This document shows, in pieces, positions 9,464-17,387 of a stretch of 58,114 nucleotides of DNA. Every line of letters starts with the position of its first letter. The stretch's first letter is position 1. The translations under genes were made by a program, and so were the position numbers. Under the pieces are notes generated by a model. That model was given only the letters and a program-made list of their open reading frames with translations, did not search any database and had not been told where the DNA came from. The DNA lies in IMG/VR virus record IMGVR_UViG_3300048770_000009, positions 1 to 58,114 of that record; one strand, 5' to 3'. Source of the stretch: a virus (Duplodnaviria; Caudoviricetes).

Positions 9464-9648
9464 CTGGCACTCCTCAGTGCTTGCGCGACTTCCTCAATCG
9501 GAATCCTCTTCAAGACAGAGATACGCCCGCTACGGAGCCAAACTTCTGTACCAGCGCCGTCATCGGTGCGCTGAATTTGGTCGATTGCGTCCAGCGGAAT
9601 AACAGCTTCCAACTTGCCGTTTTCGAGTGAAACTTCAAACGTATTCAT
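9460..9648 (-). CDS. Small hypothetical protein
   Basis: ATG 9648 overlaps the dnaB stop (ATGA). Confidence 0.55.
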   Translation of the reverse strand: MNTFEVSLENGKLEAVIPLDAIDQIQRTDDGAGTEVWLRSGRISVLKRIPIEEVAQALRSAR

Positions 9649-10970
9649 TTGCTTTTGTTCCTCCACAGGCAGTTATACCCAACGAACTCACACTCAACCG
9701 ACCCCGTCTCGCCGTCGCGTTGCTTCGCAATGAAAATCTCAGCTTTGTATTTCAGGGACTCGTCATCCCGATTGTAGTACCCAGGCCGGTGCAGGAACGC
9801 CACATTGTCGGCGTGCTGCTCGATCTTTCCGGACTCCGCGAGGTCCGCCAGCGTTGGCCTGGAGTCCTGATTCTTGATTGCGCCGCGCCCGACCTGGTGG
9901 TAAAGCACCAGCGGCACCTGGAGGTCCACGGCAATACCCTTGAGCGCAGACACCTTCTCCCCGATAACCTCGTCGCCGCGCATCCCCTTCTGGTAGATGC
10001 CCTCAGCGGATACACGGGATAGCTGGTCAACGAGGATCACATCCAACTCCCCCGACCGCTTCAACCGTGCAGCCTTGGCGCGAATGCTGGCCACGCTCAT
10101 GCTGCTGCGCTGGTCCCAGAAGATAGGAAGCTTGCGAAACTCCTGCTCGGCGTCTTGAATGTATTGCTTTTCAACCCAGTCCATCTGGCCGCGCTGGTAA
10201 CTCTTGAACGATACTCCACTCCGGCCGCACAGCATCCGTCCGATGAACGAGTGTTTGCTCTGCTCGTTGATGAATGCGGCCACGCACTTGCCGCCAACAG
10301 CCATCTTCCACGTGATGGTTCCGCAGTGCGCCGTTTTGCCCATTGAGGTCCGAGCGGCAATGATGGTCAGTTCCTCGGGATGCAGCCCGAATGTCATCTG
10401 ATCGTAGTCGTCGATGCCTGTGAATATGCCAGGCTTGCGCTCCTCGAAAACATCGTTCTTGCTCAACCATTGCCCGACGGATTCAAGGTCTGACCCCTGC
10501 ATCCCCGACGATTCAATGTCGGAGAGGTTCTGCATGGTGACGCTGAGCAGCTCAAGGGCCGACTCGCCCTGGTCGGCGGCGCGGGCAATGGCCATCGAAC
10601 AGATGCCCATCAGCCTGCGCAGCAGGCTCTTGTCCTTGACGATCCGGATGTACTCGCCGATCACCGGGCGGCGTGGTAGACCTTCAGTGAGGCTGGCGAG
10701 GTAGGCCACGCCGCCAATGGACTCAATCTCTTTGTGTTTGCTTAACTCGTGGGCCAGGGTCACGATGTCCACGGAACGCCGGGTCCGCATCAGGTCGGCC
10801 ATACGCAGGAAGATGCGGCGGTGGCTATCGAGCGAGAAATCGTCGCTCTGTATCTTCTCCGCGGCCTCCTCAAAGGCGGCGTTATCTAACAACACCGCCC
10901 CAAGGATGGTGACCTCGGCGTCTATGTTCGCCGGGAGTCCTGCGTCGAGTCTGAGGTCTGGAACGGTCAT
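9645..10970 (-). CDS. dnaB: Replicative helicase DnaB
   Basis: DnaB N-terminal domain (AEVTILGAVLLDN, DFSLDSHRRIF, GGVAYLASL), Walker A AARTSMGKT, RPTLADLAESGKIEQHAD, IAKQRDGETG. Confidence 0.95.
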   Translation of the reverse strand: MTVPDLRLDAGLPANIDAEVTILGAVLLDNAAFEEAAEKIQSDDFSLDSHRRIFLRMADLMRTRRSVDIVTLAHELSKHKEIESIGGVAYLASLTEGLPRRPVIGEYIRIVKDKSLLRRLMGICSMAIARAADQGESALELLSVTMQNLSDIESSGMQGSDLESVGQWLSKNDVFEERKPGIFTGIDDYDQMTFGLHPEELTIIAARTSMGKTAHCGTITWKMAVGGKCVAAFINEQSKHSFIGRMLCGRSGVSFKSYQRGQMDWVEKQYIQDAEQEFRKLPIFWDQRSSMSVASIRAKAARLKRSGELDVILVDQLSRVSAEGIYQKGMRGDEVIGEKVSALKGIAVDLQVPLVLYHQVGRGAIKNQDSRPTLADLAESGKIEQHADNVAFLHRPGYYNRDDESLKYKAEIFIAKQRDGETGSVECEFVGYNCLWRNKSK

Positions 10971-10973
10971 TGC

Positions 10974-11651
10974 TTACCAGGATACTTCGGTTGCGGGCTT
11001 CGGCGCGGGCGTGTTCTTCTTGCCTTTGCCGCGCGTGTCCGTGGTCTTCTGCTTGTCCAGCGCTTCCTTGAGCGTAGCCGGGAACTGCTCGGGCACACCC
11101 AGGGACTCCCGCACGCCGTCCTCGAAGTCTGCCGGCAGTGCTGTTGCGTCGGCGCCTACCTCCTCGGTGACTGGCGCTGCGCTTTCCGCTGTCGGCTGCT
11201 CGGTCGGCCTGCCGGGCTTGAAGAACTCGTCGATATTCTCGGCTGACGCCTCTGCCGATGCCTCGGCCACAGCGGGCGGGATCACTTCAACCTTGTCATA
11301 GAAGGGCAATTCCTCCTGCCGCTCGCTGATCGTCATGGGCCGCGTCTTGACAACCTTGCCGCTGGGGTCGGTGTAAGTGACTTCCCCGACATTGGGAGCG
11401 TCGTAGGTCAACATGCAAAGCTGGTTCTCCATGTCGTAGCCGTCGTTGAGCTTGCGGGATAACTCCCCGATAGTTAGCTCGACGCGGGCCTTGCGCTCCT
11501 TGATGCCAGCCTTCATGCTGGTTTCCTCGTCGGAGATTTGCGAAATACGGTTGTGCGCTTGCGCGAGTGATGCGCCCATTTCGAGCCGCTCGTCCGCAGT
11601 GAAATCGCGGCGTAGATAAAGCGTTTCTTTCGTGAGGCGTGTTGTTGCCAT
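10974..11651 (-). CDS. Hypothetical coiled-coil protein
   Basis: AGGAG RBS before ATG 11651. Coiled-coil N-half with an internal QEELPF motif. Confidence 0.7.
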   Translation of the reverse strand: MATTRLTKETLYLRRDFTADERLEMGASLAQAHNRISQISDEETSMKAGIKERKARVELTIGELSRKLNDGYDMENQLCMLTYDAPNVGEVTYTDPSGKVVKTRPMTISERQEELPFYDKVEVIPPAVAEASAEASAENIDEFFKPGRPTEQPTAESAAPVTEEVGADATALPADFEDGVRESLGVPEQFPATLKEALDKQKTTDTRGKGKKNTPAPKPATEVSW

Positions 11652-11662
11652 GGTGCTCCTTT

Positions 11663-12190
11663 TCAAAATTCCGGTAACCCATCATCCGCCGGTTGATCCT
11701 TCTTTGGTGCCTTGCTCCCCTTAACCAGCATCATCGCCCGCCGCGCCCCGGCTGCCAGCTTGATACTTTGCTCCAGCCGCTTGAGCACGTCGATGCGCCC
11801 CAGCGGTATCTTGGTCTCAAGGAACGCCAACAGCGCCAGGTACTCGTCCGGCGAGAGGCTGCCCTTGCGGTCGTTGCAGTGCTTGCACGGGTACTCCAAG
11901 TTATCGAGTCCAGCCGATCCGCCCCGGCTGAGAGGGTAGGCGTGGTCTACGGCCATCTCCGCCAGCGTCGTCACCTGCTTGCAGTACCGGCAGACCACCG
12001 CGCCGTCCTGGTTGCCGTTCATGGCGTTGAGCACGTGCGCGCGGAACTCGTCTTTGGTGAACGGCAAGGGCGGCTGCTTCTTGTTGCGCTCGATGCGCGT
12101 CTTCATGGCGTCGTAGCGGGAGCCGGTCAGGCGCAGGAAGTCAGACTTCGCGCGGTTCTCGAATAATGCGCCGATGCCTGCGGGCTTCAT
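11663..12190 (-). CDS. HNH endonuclease (Zn-binding, NinG-like)
   Basis: CRYC...VDHAYPLSRGG...DNLEYPCKHCNDRKG. Confidence 0.85.
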   Translation of the reverse strand: MKPAGIGALFENRAKSDFLRLTGSRYDAMKTRIERNKKQPPLPFTKDEFRAHVLNAMNGNQDGAVVCRYCKQVTTLAEMAVDHAYPLSRGGSAGLDNLEYPCKHCNDRKGSLSPDEYLALLAFLETKIPLGRIDVLKRLEQSIKLAAGARRAMMLVKGSKAPKKDQPADDGLPEF

Positions 12191-12396
12191 GCTCCGATCA
12201 CTCGAACGTTCTCCGCCTGGGGGCCCTTCTTGCCTTTGACGATCTCGAACTCCACGGGCTGATCCTGCTTGAGTGTCTTGTAGCCGTCGGAGGCGATACC
12301 GCTGTAGTGCACAAAGATTTCGGGGCCACCGTCATCATTCGACAGAAATCCAAAACCCTTCGCGTTGCTAAACCAGACTACCTTTCCCTTTGCCAT
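12187..12396 (-). CDS. cspA: Cold-shock protein (CspA family)
   Basis: MAKGKVVWFSNAKGFGF (RNP1) and IFVHYS (RNP2), KGPQAENV; 69 aa. Confidence 0.95.
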   Translation of the reverse strand: MAKGKVVWFSNAKGFGFLSNDDGGPEIFVHYSGIASDGYKTLKQDQPVEFEIVKGKKGPQAENVRVIGA

Positions 12397-12502
12397 GTTC
12401 CTATCCTCGTTCCTTCGTTGAATTGTTGAGGCGCGGGCTACCGTGCCGGCCGGGTAATCCTCCATGGTAGCCTCGCGCCCTCCCGGCGGTGGCCGGAAGC
12501 TT

Positions 12503-12772
12503 TTAATACCCGGACCCGGACCCGTACCCGTACCCGGACCCGGACCCGTACCCGTACCCGGACCCGTCCCCGTACCCGTACCCGTCCCCGGACCCGTACC
12601 CGGACCCGTACCCGTACCCGGACCCGTCCCCGTACCCGTACCCGGACCCGGACCCGTACCCGTACCCGGACCCGGACCCGGACCCGGACCCGGACCCGGA
12701 CCCGTCCCCGGACCCGTCCCCGGACCCGTCCCCGTACCCGGACCCGTCCCCGGAAGGTCTTAAACTTTCCAT
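12503..12772 (-). CDS. Gly-X (GS/GY/GD) repeat protein
   Basis: 89-aa ORF overlapping the end of the upstream gene, with 41 GX dipeptides. Confidence 0.55.
   Translation of the reverse strand: MESLRPSGDGSGYGDGSGDGSGDGSGSGSGSGSGSGYGYGSGSGYGYGDGSGYGYGSGYGSGDGYGYGDGSGYGYGSGSGYGYGSGSGY
12506..12751. repeat. 41 x 6-nt tandem repeat (minus strand GGG-TCC/TAC/GAC; last unit GGG-TAT)
   Basis: Read directly from the sequence. Confidence 0.97.
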
Positions 12773-13050
12773 TCAGGAACGGCTTTGATTGAGGTCTCCG
12801 CTTCGGGAGTTACATCAAGAATTTCAATTGCTTCGGTGAGGGTAACTGACGGGACAGCTACGGGGAATTTGCATTCTTTTGGTTTCGACGTTCCCGCCAC
12901 CGCAAGCTGTGACAGGGATGCTGCGCCAGACCAATACCACAGCCGCCGCGCATTGGTTAGCGTGACTTCTTTGCCGTCACGTGATTTGAGATTGCCCGCG
13001 AAGACTCCAGCGGAGTAAGTTCGCACGATAACGTACTTCAGTTTCGGCAT
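12760..13050 (-). CDS. Conserved phage protein (DUF6948-like)
   Basis: [13 protein letters not shown]...[17 protein letters not shown]...AIEIL pattern, recalled as DUF6948. GAAAGGA RBS. Confidence 0.75.
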   Translation of the reverse strand: MPKLKYVIVRTYSAGVFAGNLKSRDGKEVTLTNARRLWYWSGAASLSQLAVAGTSKPKECKFPVAVPSVTLTEAIEILDVTPEAETSIKAVPEWKV

Positions 13051-13078
13051 TGCTTTTCCTTTCTGTTATCTGATTGAA

Positions 13079-13165
13079 TGTGCTGCCAAGGCCACTGGCA
13101 TCCTCTCCTTATGGCGAGAGGTCTACCCTTCCTTGCCTTGCGGCCCCAGTGGCCTTGGCAGCACA
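13079..13165. repeat. Perfect 20-bp inverted repeat enclosing two hairpins
   Basis: TGTGCTGCCAAGGCCACTGG at 13079-13098 and CCAGTGGCCTTGGCAGCACA at 13146-13165. Confidence 0.9.
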
Positions 13166-13181
13166 CCCTGCCGGTTAGTGT

Positions 13182-15086
13182 TTACGTCAGCCGCTCAACC
13201 TTCGTCGCTGGCACGTCGCCGGACTTGTCGAGCGAGAGCATGTAGAACACCCTGCCAGCTTTGGCCGGGATCTCGCGCCGGCTGTCGGACTGGAGCACGA
13301 TCACCTGGTCCAACCCGGCCCCGTCCAGCGCTTGGTACAACTTCCCGCGGTTGGCGTCGAGGAAGACATCCGCCTCGTCGACCACGACAAAGTTAAGCCC
13401 GCTCACCTTGGCCAGAGCCACCTGAAACGCGATCGAGAACGAATGCTTCTGCGACTTCGAGATGGTGCGGAGATTGTAGACCTTGTCCTTGCCGGCGAAC
13501 ATGAGGCTGAACGCAAAGGGGTCGAACTGGAGCTTGGCCTGGAACCCCCATTTGTCGAGAACCTTGTTCATGCTGCCCTCAAATCCCCCCATGTGCTCGT
13601 TGAGGAATTTAGCCTGTACACCCTTCGGCCCAAAGTACTCCACCAAGCGCTCCAGAAGGGCCTGCTTGGCGTCGAGCTTCTTTTTGGCCTCCATGGCCTT
13701 GGCGTATCCCTCGCGAGCACTGTCGGCCTGAATGGCTGCCGTGAGCGCGGCATTTCCCTTCTCGATGCGACCGTCGAGGTCGGCAATTTGCTTGTCGATC
13801 TCCGCCGTGTCGGGCTGGGTGTCCTCGTTGCCGGCCTCTGCCTGCTCTTTCTGGAGGTCGGCAATGTCCTTCTCGATGCCCGCAATGTGCTCGTCTACCA
13901 GAGCGAGGTTCCTCTCGGCCTGGGCGTGGTCGGCCAGAACGCGGGCGGCGCCGTCGTAGTCGCCGAGGGACTTGCGGGCGTCTTGGAGATCGCGCTCGGC
14001 CTTGAGCAACTCATCTTGCCGCTTGATGAACGGCGCAGTGATGTTCTCGAACTCCGCATCGGTCACAGGCTGGGTGCATGTCGGGCAAGTTCCGGCCTCG
14101 CCGACATCGTTCAACTTCGCCAGCGTCCGCCGGACTTCGGCCAGGGCGGCATTGTTGGCCTGAATGTCGGCCTCGATCTTCTTGCCCTTCTCGGCCGCGG
14201 CGGCCAGCTTCGTTGCTTCCTTGAACGCAGCTTTGGACAGTTCACCCTTGGCGACATCGGCGCGCTTGGACTGCTCGGCGGCCAGGCGCAGCTCCAAACC
14301 TTGAATCTTCCCGCCGATCTTGCCGCGGGCGTCGTGAGCGCGCTGCCATTGGCCGAGTGTCGTGTTCTTCTGAATAGCCAGCGCGATACGCTGGGTCTGC
14401 CGCTCTGCCAGCCGGGTACGGATGGCATGGGCGTCGATCTCCTGGACCGCCACCGCCTCCGGCTCCCGCCATTCCTTGATAAGCCGGTTGACCAATTTGC
14501 GCTCGTCGTAGGCCGCTTCGTAGGCCAGCGCGATCACGTCGAAAGCTTTGAGGCTCCAGTCCACGCGCAGCTCGCACTGATTGAAGGCGCCCTCGACCCA
14601 ATCATCCCACTTTGCCGTGGCGGGCAGGATGATGCCAGCCAGGAGCTTCTTCTGCCGTGCGTGGTCCATCTCGACAAAGTACCGGCCATTGATGAGGCAG
14701 TCGAGTATCTCCCGCTTCATGGCGAGCGACGCCAGGAACTCCGAGCCCGTCCACGCTGGATCGTCGGGGTCTTTGATGATGATCGTGCGGCCGGACTTCT
14801 CGGTTACCGAGCACCGCATCTTCGCGGTGCGCGTGCCGAGCAGGGTGGTGTCCTGAATCTCGGCGGTGATGGCGCACTTGTCCTGGTCGCGCCGGATTAG
14901 GTCGCGGGAACCGCTGCCGTTGTCTTGGGTGGATGCGCTGCGGCCAGTGAAAAGCATTTCAAGGGCTTGCTCGATGCTGGACTTACCAGCTCCGTTCTCG
15001 CCACGAATGGAAACTAGCTTTTCAAATTCAAGCAGGTTGTCCGCATGAGAAAGCCAGTTATACAAATGCAAACTTTTCACAAACAT
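13182..15086 (-). CDS. Rad50/SbcC-like SMC ATPase
   Basis: Walker A GENGAGKSS, long coiled coil with CPTC zinc hook, Walker B VVVDEAD, degenerate signature ISKSQ. Confidence 0.88.
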   Translation of the reverse strand: MFVKSLHLYNWLSHADNLLEFEKLVSIRGENGAGKSSIEQALEMLFTGRSASTQDNGSGSRDLIRRDQDKCAITAEIQDTTLLGTRTAKMRCSVTEKSGRTIIIKDPDDPAWTGSEFLASLAMKREILDCLINGRYFVEMDHARQKKLLAGIILPATAKWDDWVEGAFNQCELRVDWSLKAFDVIALAYEAAYDERKLVNRLIKEWREPEAVAVQEIDAHAIRTRLAERQTQRIALAIQKNTTLGQWQRAHDARGKIGGKIQGLELRLAAEQSKRADVAKGELSKAAFKEATKLAAAAEKGKKIEADIQANNAALAEVRRTLAKLNDVGEAGTCPTCTQPVTDAEFENITAPFIKRQDELLKAERDLQDARKSLGDYDGAARVLADHAQAERNLALVDEHIAGIEKDIADLQKEQAEAGNEDTQPDTAEIDKQIADLDGRIEKGNAALTAAIQADSAREGYAKAMEAKKKLDAKQALLERLVEYFGPKGVQAKFLNEHMGGFEGSMNKVLDKWGFQAKLQFDPFAFSLMFAGKDKVYNLRTISKSQKHSFSIAFQVALAKVSGLNFVVVDEADVFLDANRGKLYQALDGAGLDQVIVLQSDSRREIPAKAGRVFYMLSLDKSGDVPATKVERLT

Positions 15087-15733
15087 ACTGTCTCGCCTTT
15101 CTTGTCTGAGTAGAGTATCTCCCGATGCCAAACTGTTGCCACGACATCGTATTGAGGGTTGTTTGTTTTGCGAAGATTTATCTGAAGCGCGCCGCCCTTG
15201 CAGCTTTTGTGAGCTATCTTCACTTCCACTTTTCTGATCTCATCTCCGCGCGTAATTAAGAAGTCAAAACCGCAACCGAAGCACATCGGACGGAACACAT
15301 GCCATCCCCTCAACAGTAGATCGATGACAACCTGAAGTTCTCCGACCTCTCCCTTAACCACCTTTGAAGCCCCAAGAAAGCATCCAGGCATATTTTTCTC
15401 ATGGAAAGAATGATTGCATTTCACTGAGCAAAACATGTGATGGTGGGTGGTTGGAATAAACGTCTGCCCGCACTCTTTGCAATCGCGTGTAGGTGGTATT
15501 GGCTCAGGTTTACGTCTCAACGTTGCGTCAGCATTTGAGCAAGCACGAGAACAATGACGACCACGCCCTAGGCGAACTGTGGACCTGTAACGCAGCATTT
15601 CTTTTCCGCAATAAGAGCAATTGGTAACGACAGTCTTTTCGGACGGACGCGGCGGAAGACTCGATTTCGGAGGAAGTAGTTCTCGTTGCGGCAAAGCGGT
15701 GAGAGTGAGATAATCTTCTGCAAGGGGTGTCAT
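15077..15733 (-). CDS. Zn-finger + PD-(D/E)XK endonuclease (free-standing, homing-type)
   Basis: Two CxxC...CSxxC repeats, then KGEVGE...FDFLI...KVEVK. GGAGG RBS before ATG 15733. AT-richer than neighbours. Confidence 0.75.
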   Translation of the reverse strand: MTPLAEDYLTLTALPQRELLPPKSSLPPRPSEKTVVTNCSYCGKEMLRYRSTVRLGRGRHCSRACSNADATLRRKPEPIPPTRDCKECGQTFIPTTHHHMFCSVKCNHSFHEKNMPGCFLGASKVVKGEVGELQVVIDLLLRGWHVFRPMCFGCGFDFLITRGDEIRKVEVKIAHKSCKGGALQINLRKTNNPQYDVVATVWHREILYSDKKGETVCL

Positions 15734-15928
15734 ATTCGCCCTCCTGTGGCGATGAGGCTTTGCCGGGGTTAGCGCCCCGACACCCCTATTATATCTCACT
15801 TCGCACTTGAGTTTCATGCCGTGCCTTTCCTTTCGATTGAATCCCCGGCCTGCCCGTTTTGGTTGGCTGTAGGCGGCAACCAGTACGGACGCAACGTCTG
15901 TGGGCCTTGCGACCGGCCGGGGAACTTG

Positions 15929-16387
15929 TTATTCCAAAAACGATTCCTTGATAGATTCGAGCATCGATTCAGGAAGATCGTCAAGGATTCTCTTCGCCCA
16001 GAGCGAGTCGGGCATCTTCGCCCAGAACGAGTCGGGCATCTTCGCCCAGAGCGAGTAGGGCATCTTCGCCCAGAACGAGTCGGGCATCTTCGCCCAGAGC
16101 GAGTCGGGCATATTCGCCCAGAACGAGTAGGGCATCTTCGCCCAGAACGAGTAGGGCATCTTCGCCCAGAACGAGTCGGGCATCTTCGCCCAGAACGAGT
16201 CGGGCATATTCGCCCAGAACGAGTCGGGCATCTTCGCCCAGAGCGAGTCGGGCATCTTCGCCCAGAACAAGTCGGGCATCTTCGCCCAGAACGAGTCGGG
16301 CATCTTCGCCCAGAACGAGTCGGGCATATTGGAACCACTCGACAGCTTGGCTCTTATGTCAGAGATCAATTCATCTTTCCTGCTCAT
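15929..16387 (-). CDS. Octapeptide-repeat protein (MPDSFWAK x14)
   Basis: GGAAGGA RBS, unique N- and C-terminal caps and 14 octapeptide units. Confidence 0.65.
   Translation of the reverse strand: MSRKDELISDIRAKLSSGSNMPDSFWAKMPDSFWAKMPDLFWAKMPDSLWAKMPDSFWANMPDSFWAKMPDSFWAKMPYSFWAKMPYSFWANMPDSLWAKMPDSFWAKMPYSLWAKMPDSFWAKMPDSLWAKRILDDLPESMLESIKESFLE
15992..16327. repeat. 14 x 24-nt tandem repeat
   Basis: Minus-strand unit ATG CCC (G/T)AC T(C/T)G (T/C)TC TGG GCG AA(G/T). Confidence 0.97.
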
Positions 16388-16420
16388 CTCGGTTTTCCTT
16401 CCTGATTTGCGGAACTTGTT

Positions 16421-16550
16421 TGGTGCGCGGTCCGGACTCGATCTTAGCGGTATCCTTGAACCGCATCAACTCCGCTCCGGCTGCGTATACATGAAGCGTG
16501 CGCACGCTCCGCGCACCTCCCGGCCAGCTTACCCCGAGGGGGATGGCCGG
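16421..16550 (-). ncRNA. Candidate structured RNA with 3' ...CCGCGCACCA end
   Basis: Stem GGTGCGCGG/CCGCGCACC (16517-16509 with 16430-16422), internal hairpins, and an upstream CCGGCCA/TGGCCGG hairpin. Flanked by AACAAGTTCC on both sides. Confidence 0.4.
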
Positions 16551-16556
16551 AACTTG

Positions 16557-17387
16557 TTACCAGAGTTCTGGTGCCTGCTCTGGCTGAGTTTGTTGTGCTG
16601 GCTGCTGCTCTTCTTCGGGATCTGATACAAGCTCGCGGCTTCCCTTGGCGCGACTTTCCCTCTCCGCCTGCTGCTGCTCCTGCGCAGTTTGCGACTCTTG
16701 CCGGGCCTGCTGCTCGGGCTGCGCCTTCTCTTTCGCCGCATTCGCCCGCTTCGCCACCACGGCCTTGACGGCATCGGTCTTGGTCGCAGAGCTATCAATG
16801 ATCGCCCGCGTCTCGTGAGTTACGTACTCGGGACTGCCCTCAATCGTCTGCGCCTCGTCGCTGTCGATGATGCCACTGACCGAGAACGCCACGCGGGCAC
16901 ATTGCACGAACGCCCGGTTGCGCGTCATGCGGATGGGCATGGTGTTCCATGGAATCGTATCCCGCCGGCACTCATGGGTGTACTCGGTGACCACCACAGG
17001 CAGAGCGCAGTCCTTGCGATGAATCTTGCAGGTCACCGCCTGGATGACACCTTTGTCGTTGAAGTGCTCCTCGAACTCGATGCCGTTCAACTGCGACTGC
17101 CGGTTGACGATGGCCGCCCAGCCGTCCACGCCGACCACAATCAAGAGCTTTCCCTTGGAGCGGAAGGCGTATATTTCCTTGGTGAACGGGTTGAGGTTGT
17201 AGGCGTTGCAGACGATCAGCGCTGCCGCCGTCTCTTCTTGGCTCAATGGCGGCTCGTTGCCTGCCTGCTTGAAGACAGTGGCGGCCACGATAGCCAGCAC
17301 CTTCTGGGGTTCAACATCGTACATCGTCGCAAACTTTGCGATGACGCCCTGCCGCTGCGGAGTTACTGCCAACTGTGTGTCTGCCAC
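16557..17387 (-). CDS. bet: Single-strand annealing protein (lambda Bet/RecT family)
   Basis: YNLNPFTKEIYAF...VVGVDGW...PWNTMPIRMTRNRAFVQCARVAF. GTG start at 17387; next to the YqaJ exonuclease. Confidence 0.9.
   Translation of the reverse strand: MADTQLAVTPQRQGVIAKFATMYDVEPQKVLAIVAATVFKQAGNEPPLSQEETAAALIVCNAYNLNPFTKEIYAFRSKGKLLIVVGVDGWAAIVNRQSQLNGIEFEEHFNDKGVIQAVTCKIHRKDCALPVVVTEYTHECRRDTIPWNTMPIRMTRNRAFVQCARVAFSVSGIIDSDEAQTIEGSPEYVTHETRAIIDSSATKTDAVKAVVAKRANAAKEKAQPEQQARQESQTAQEQQQAERESRAKGSRELVSDPEEEQQPAQQTQPEQAPELW

Noticed and set aside
11663-12190. IscB/HEARO-type RNA-guided nuclease
   Set aside because: No PLMP or RuvC motifs. It is a plain Zn-HNH and is separated from the nearest structured element by cspA.
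15992-16327. CRISPR or TIGR-like array
   Set aside because: Units are contiguous near-identical 24-mers with no unique spacers, they keep an open frame with an RBS, and no cas or Nop-domain gene is visible.
15814-16405. Alternative-frame repeat ORFs (CPTRSGRR, RPERVGHL) and the PG/PV frame at 12464-12763
   Set aside because: By-products of stop-free repeats. The frames chosen have proper starts and operon orientation.
16421-16517. Canonical tRNA gene
   Set aside because: No proper D-loop GG or TTCRA T-loop at the correct distance from the 3' end. Kept only as a tRNA-like candidate.
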